In this document: positions 37,599-37,721 of the stretch, one piece after another | Layout of the letters: each line of letters starts with the position of its first letter | Numbering within the stretch: position 1 is the stretch's first letter | Assembly: GCA_018649885.1 (NCBI GenBank) | Contig: JABIHA010000120.1 | Coordinates: 1 to 37,721 of the forward strand | Direction of reading: 5' to 3' | From: Bacteriovoracaceae bacterium | GTDB taxonomy: Bacteria; Bdellovibrionota; Bacteriovoracia; Bacteriovoracales; Bacteriovoracaceae | DNA length: 37,721 nucleotides | The notes under the pieces: model-generated | What the model was told of the DNA's origin: nothing | Databases searched by the model: none | The model's input: only the letters and a program-made list of their open reading frames with translations | Position numbers and translations under genes: made by a program

Positions 37599-37721
37599 TT
37601 ACTGGCAAAGTTTTACTAAAATGCAGATAATTTCATAAAGTAATTTTTTTCCAACTAAATGATCTTTTTCATCAATCAGTTTTAATATATTCATACAATC
37701 TAAAATAGCAGCACATTCATG
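37599..37721 (-). CDS. Four-helix-bundle protein (23S rRNA IVP / Avd-like superfamily), C-terminal 40 aa; gene runs off the window
   Basis: Manual translation HECAAILDCMNILKLIDEKDHLVGKKLLYEIICILVKLCQ* matches the ECAAILD...GK.LL..I...L.KL C-terminus of this family. Confidence 0.75.
   Translation of the reverse strand, partial: HECAAILDCMNILKLIDEKDHLVGKKLLYEIICILVKLCQ

Overview
AT-rich bacterial chromosomal segment with about 32 genes. No rRNA, tRNA, CRISPR array, transposase or integrase was recognised. The first ~31.8 kb is dominated by exported proteins: 22 of 25 genes there carry a signal peptide, lipobox or N-terminal anchor. They include a 5x34-aa Cys-repeat protein, a YjiK-like propeller, an RCC1-repeat protein, two GLUG-motif surface lipoproteins, Asp-box propellers, PhoD, a CocE/NonD hydrolase, a CotH-like kinase and many orphans. 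An osmoprotectant ABC transporter, an orphan ParB-domain protein and a GT4 glycosyltransferase are interspersed. This style suggests a predatory Bdellovibrionota (Bacteriovoracia-like) genome, which is inference only. The last ~6 kb is housekeeping-like: tldD-pmbA, DEAD-box helicase plus DUF6172, YwbE, and an RlmM/FtsJ-like methyltransferase. Reading beyond the ORF track revealed six things: (i) a 193-codon secreted NTAQ1/WDYHV-like Cys-His-Asp enzyme gene whose only plausible start is ATT; (ii) a lipoprotein signal peptide out of frame with its GLUG body; (iii) an esterase remnant missing its catalytic core; (iv) two intergenic hairpins sharing the same bulged stem; (v) a consensus sigma-54 promoter; (vi) the 3' end of a four-helix-bundle (IVP/Avd-like) gene followed by GGGCAA repeats at the right edge. 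No complete novel multi-gene system can be demonstrated from this window alone.
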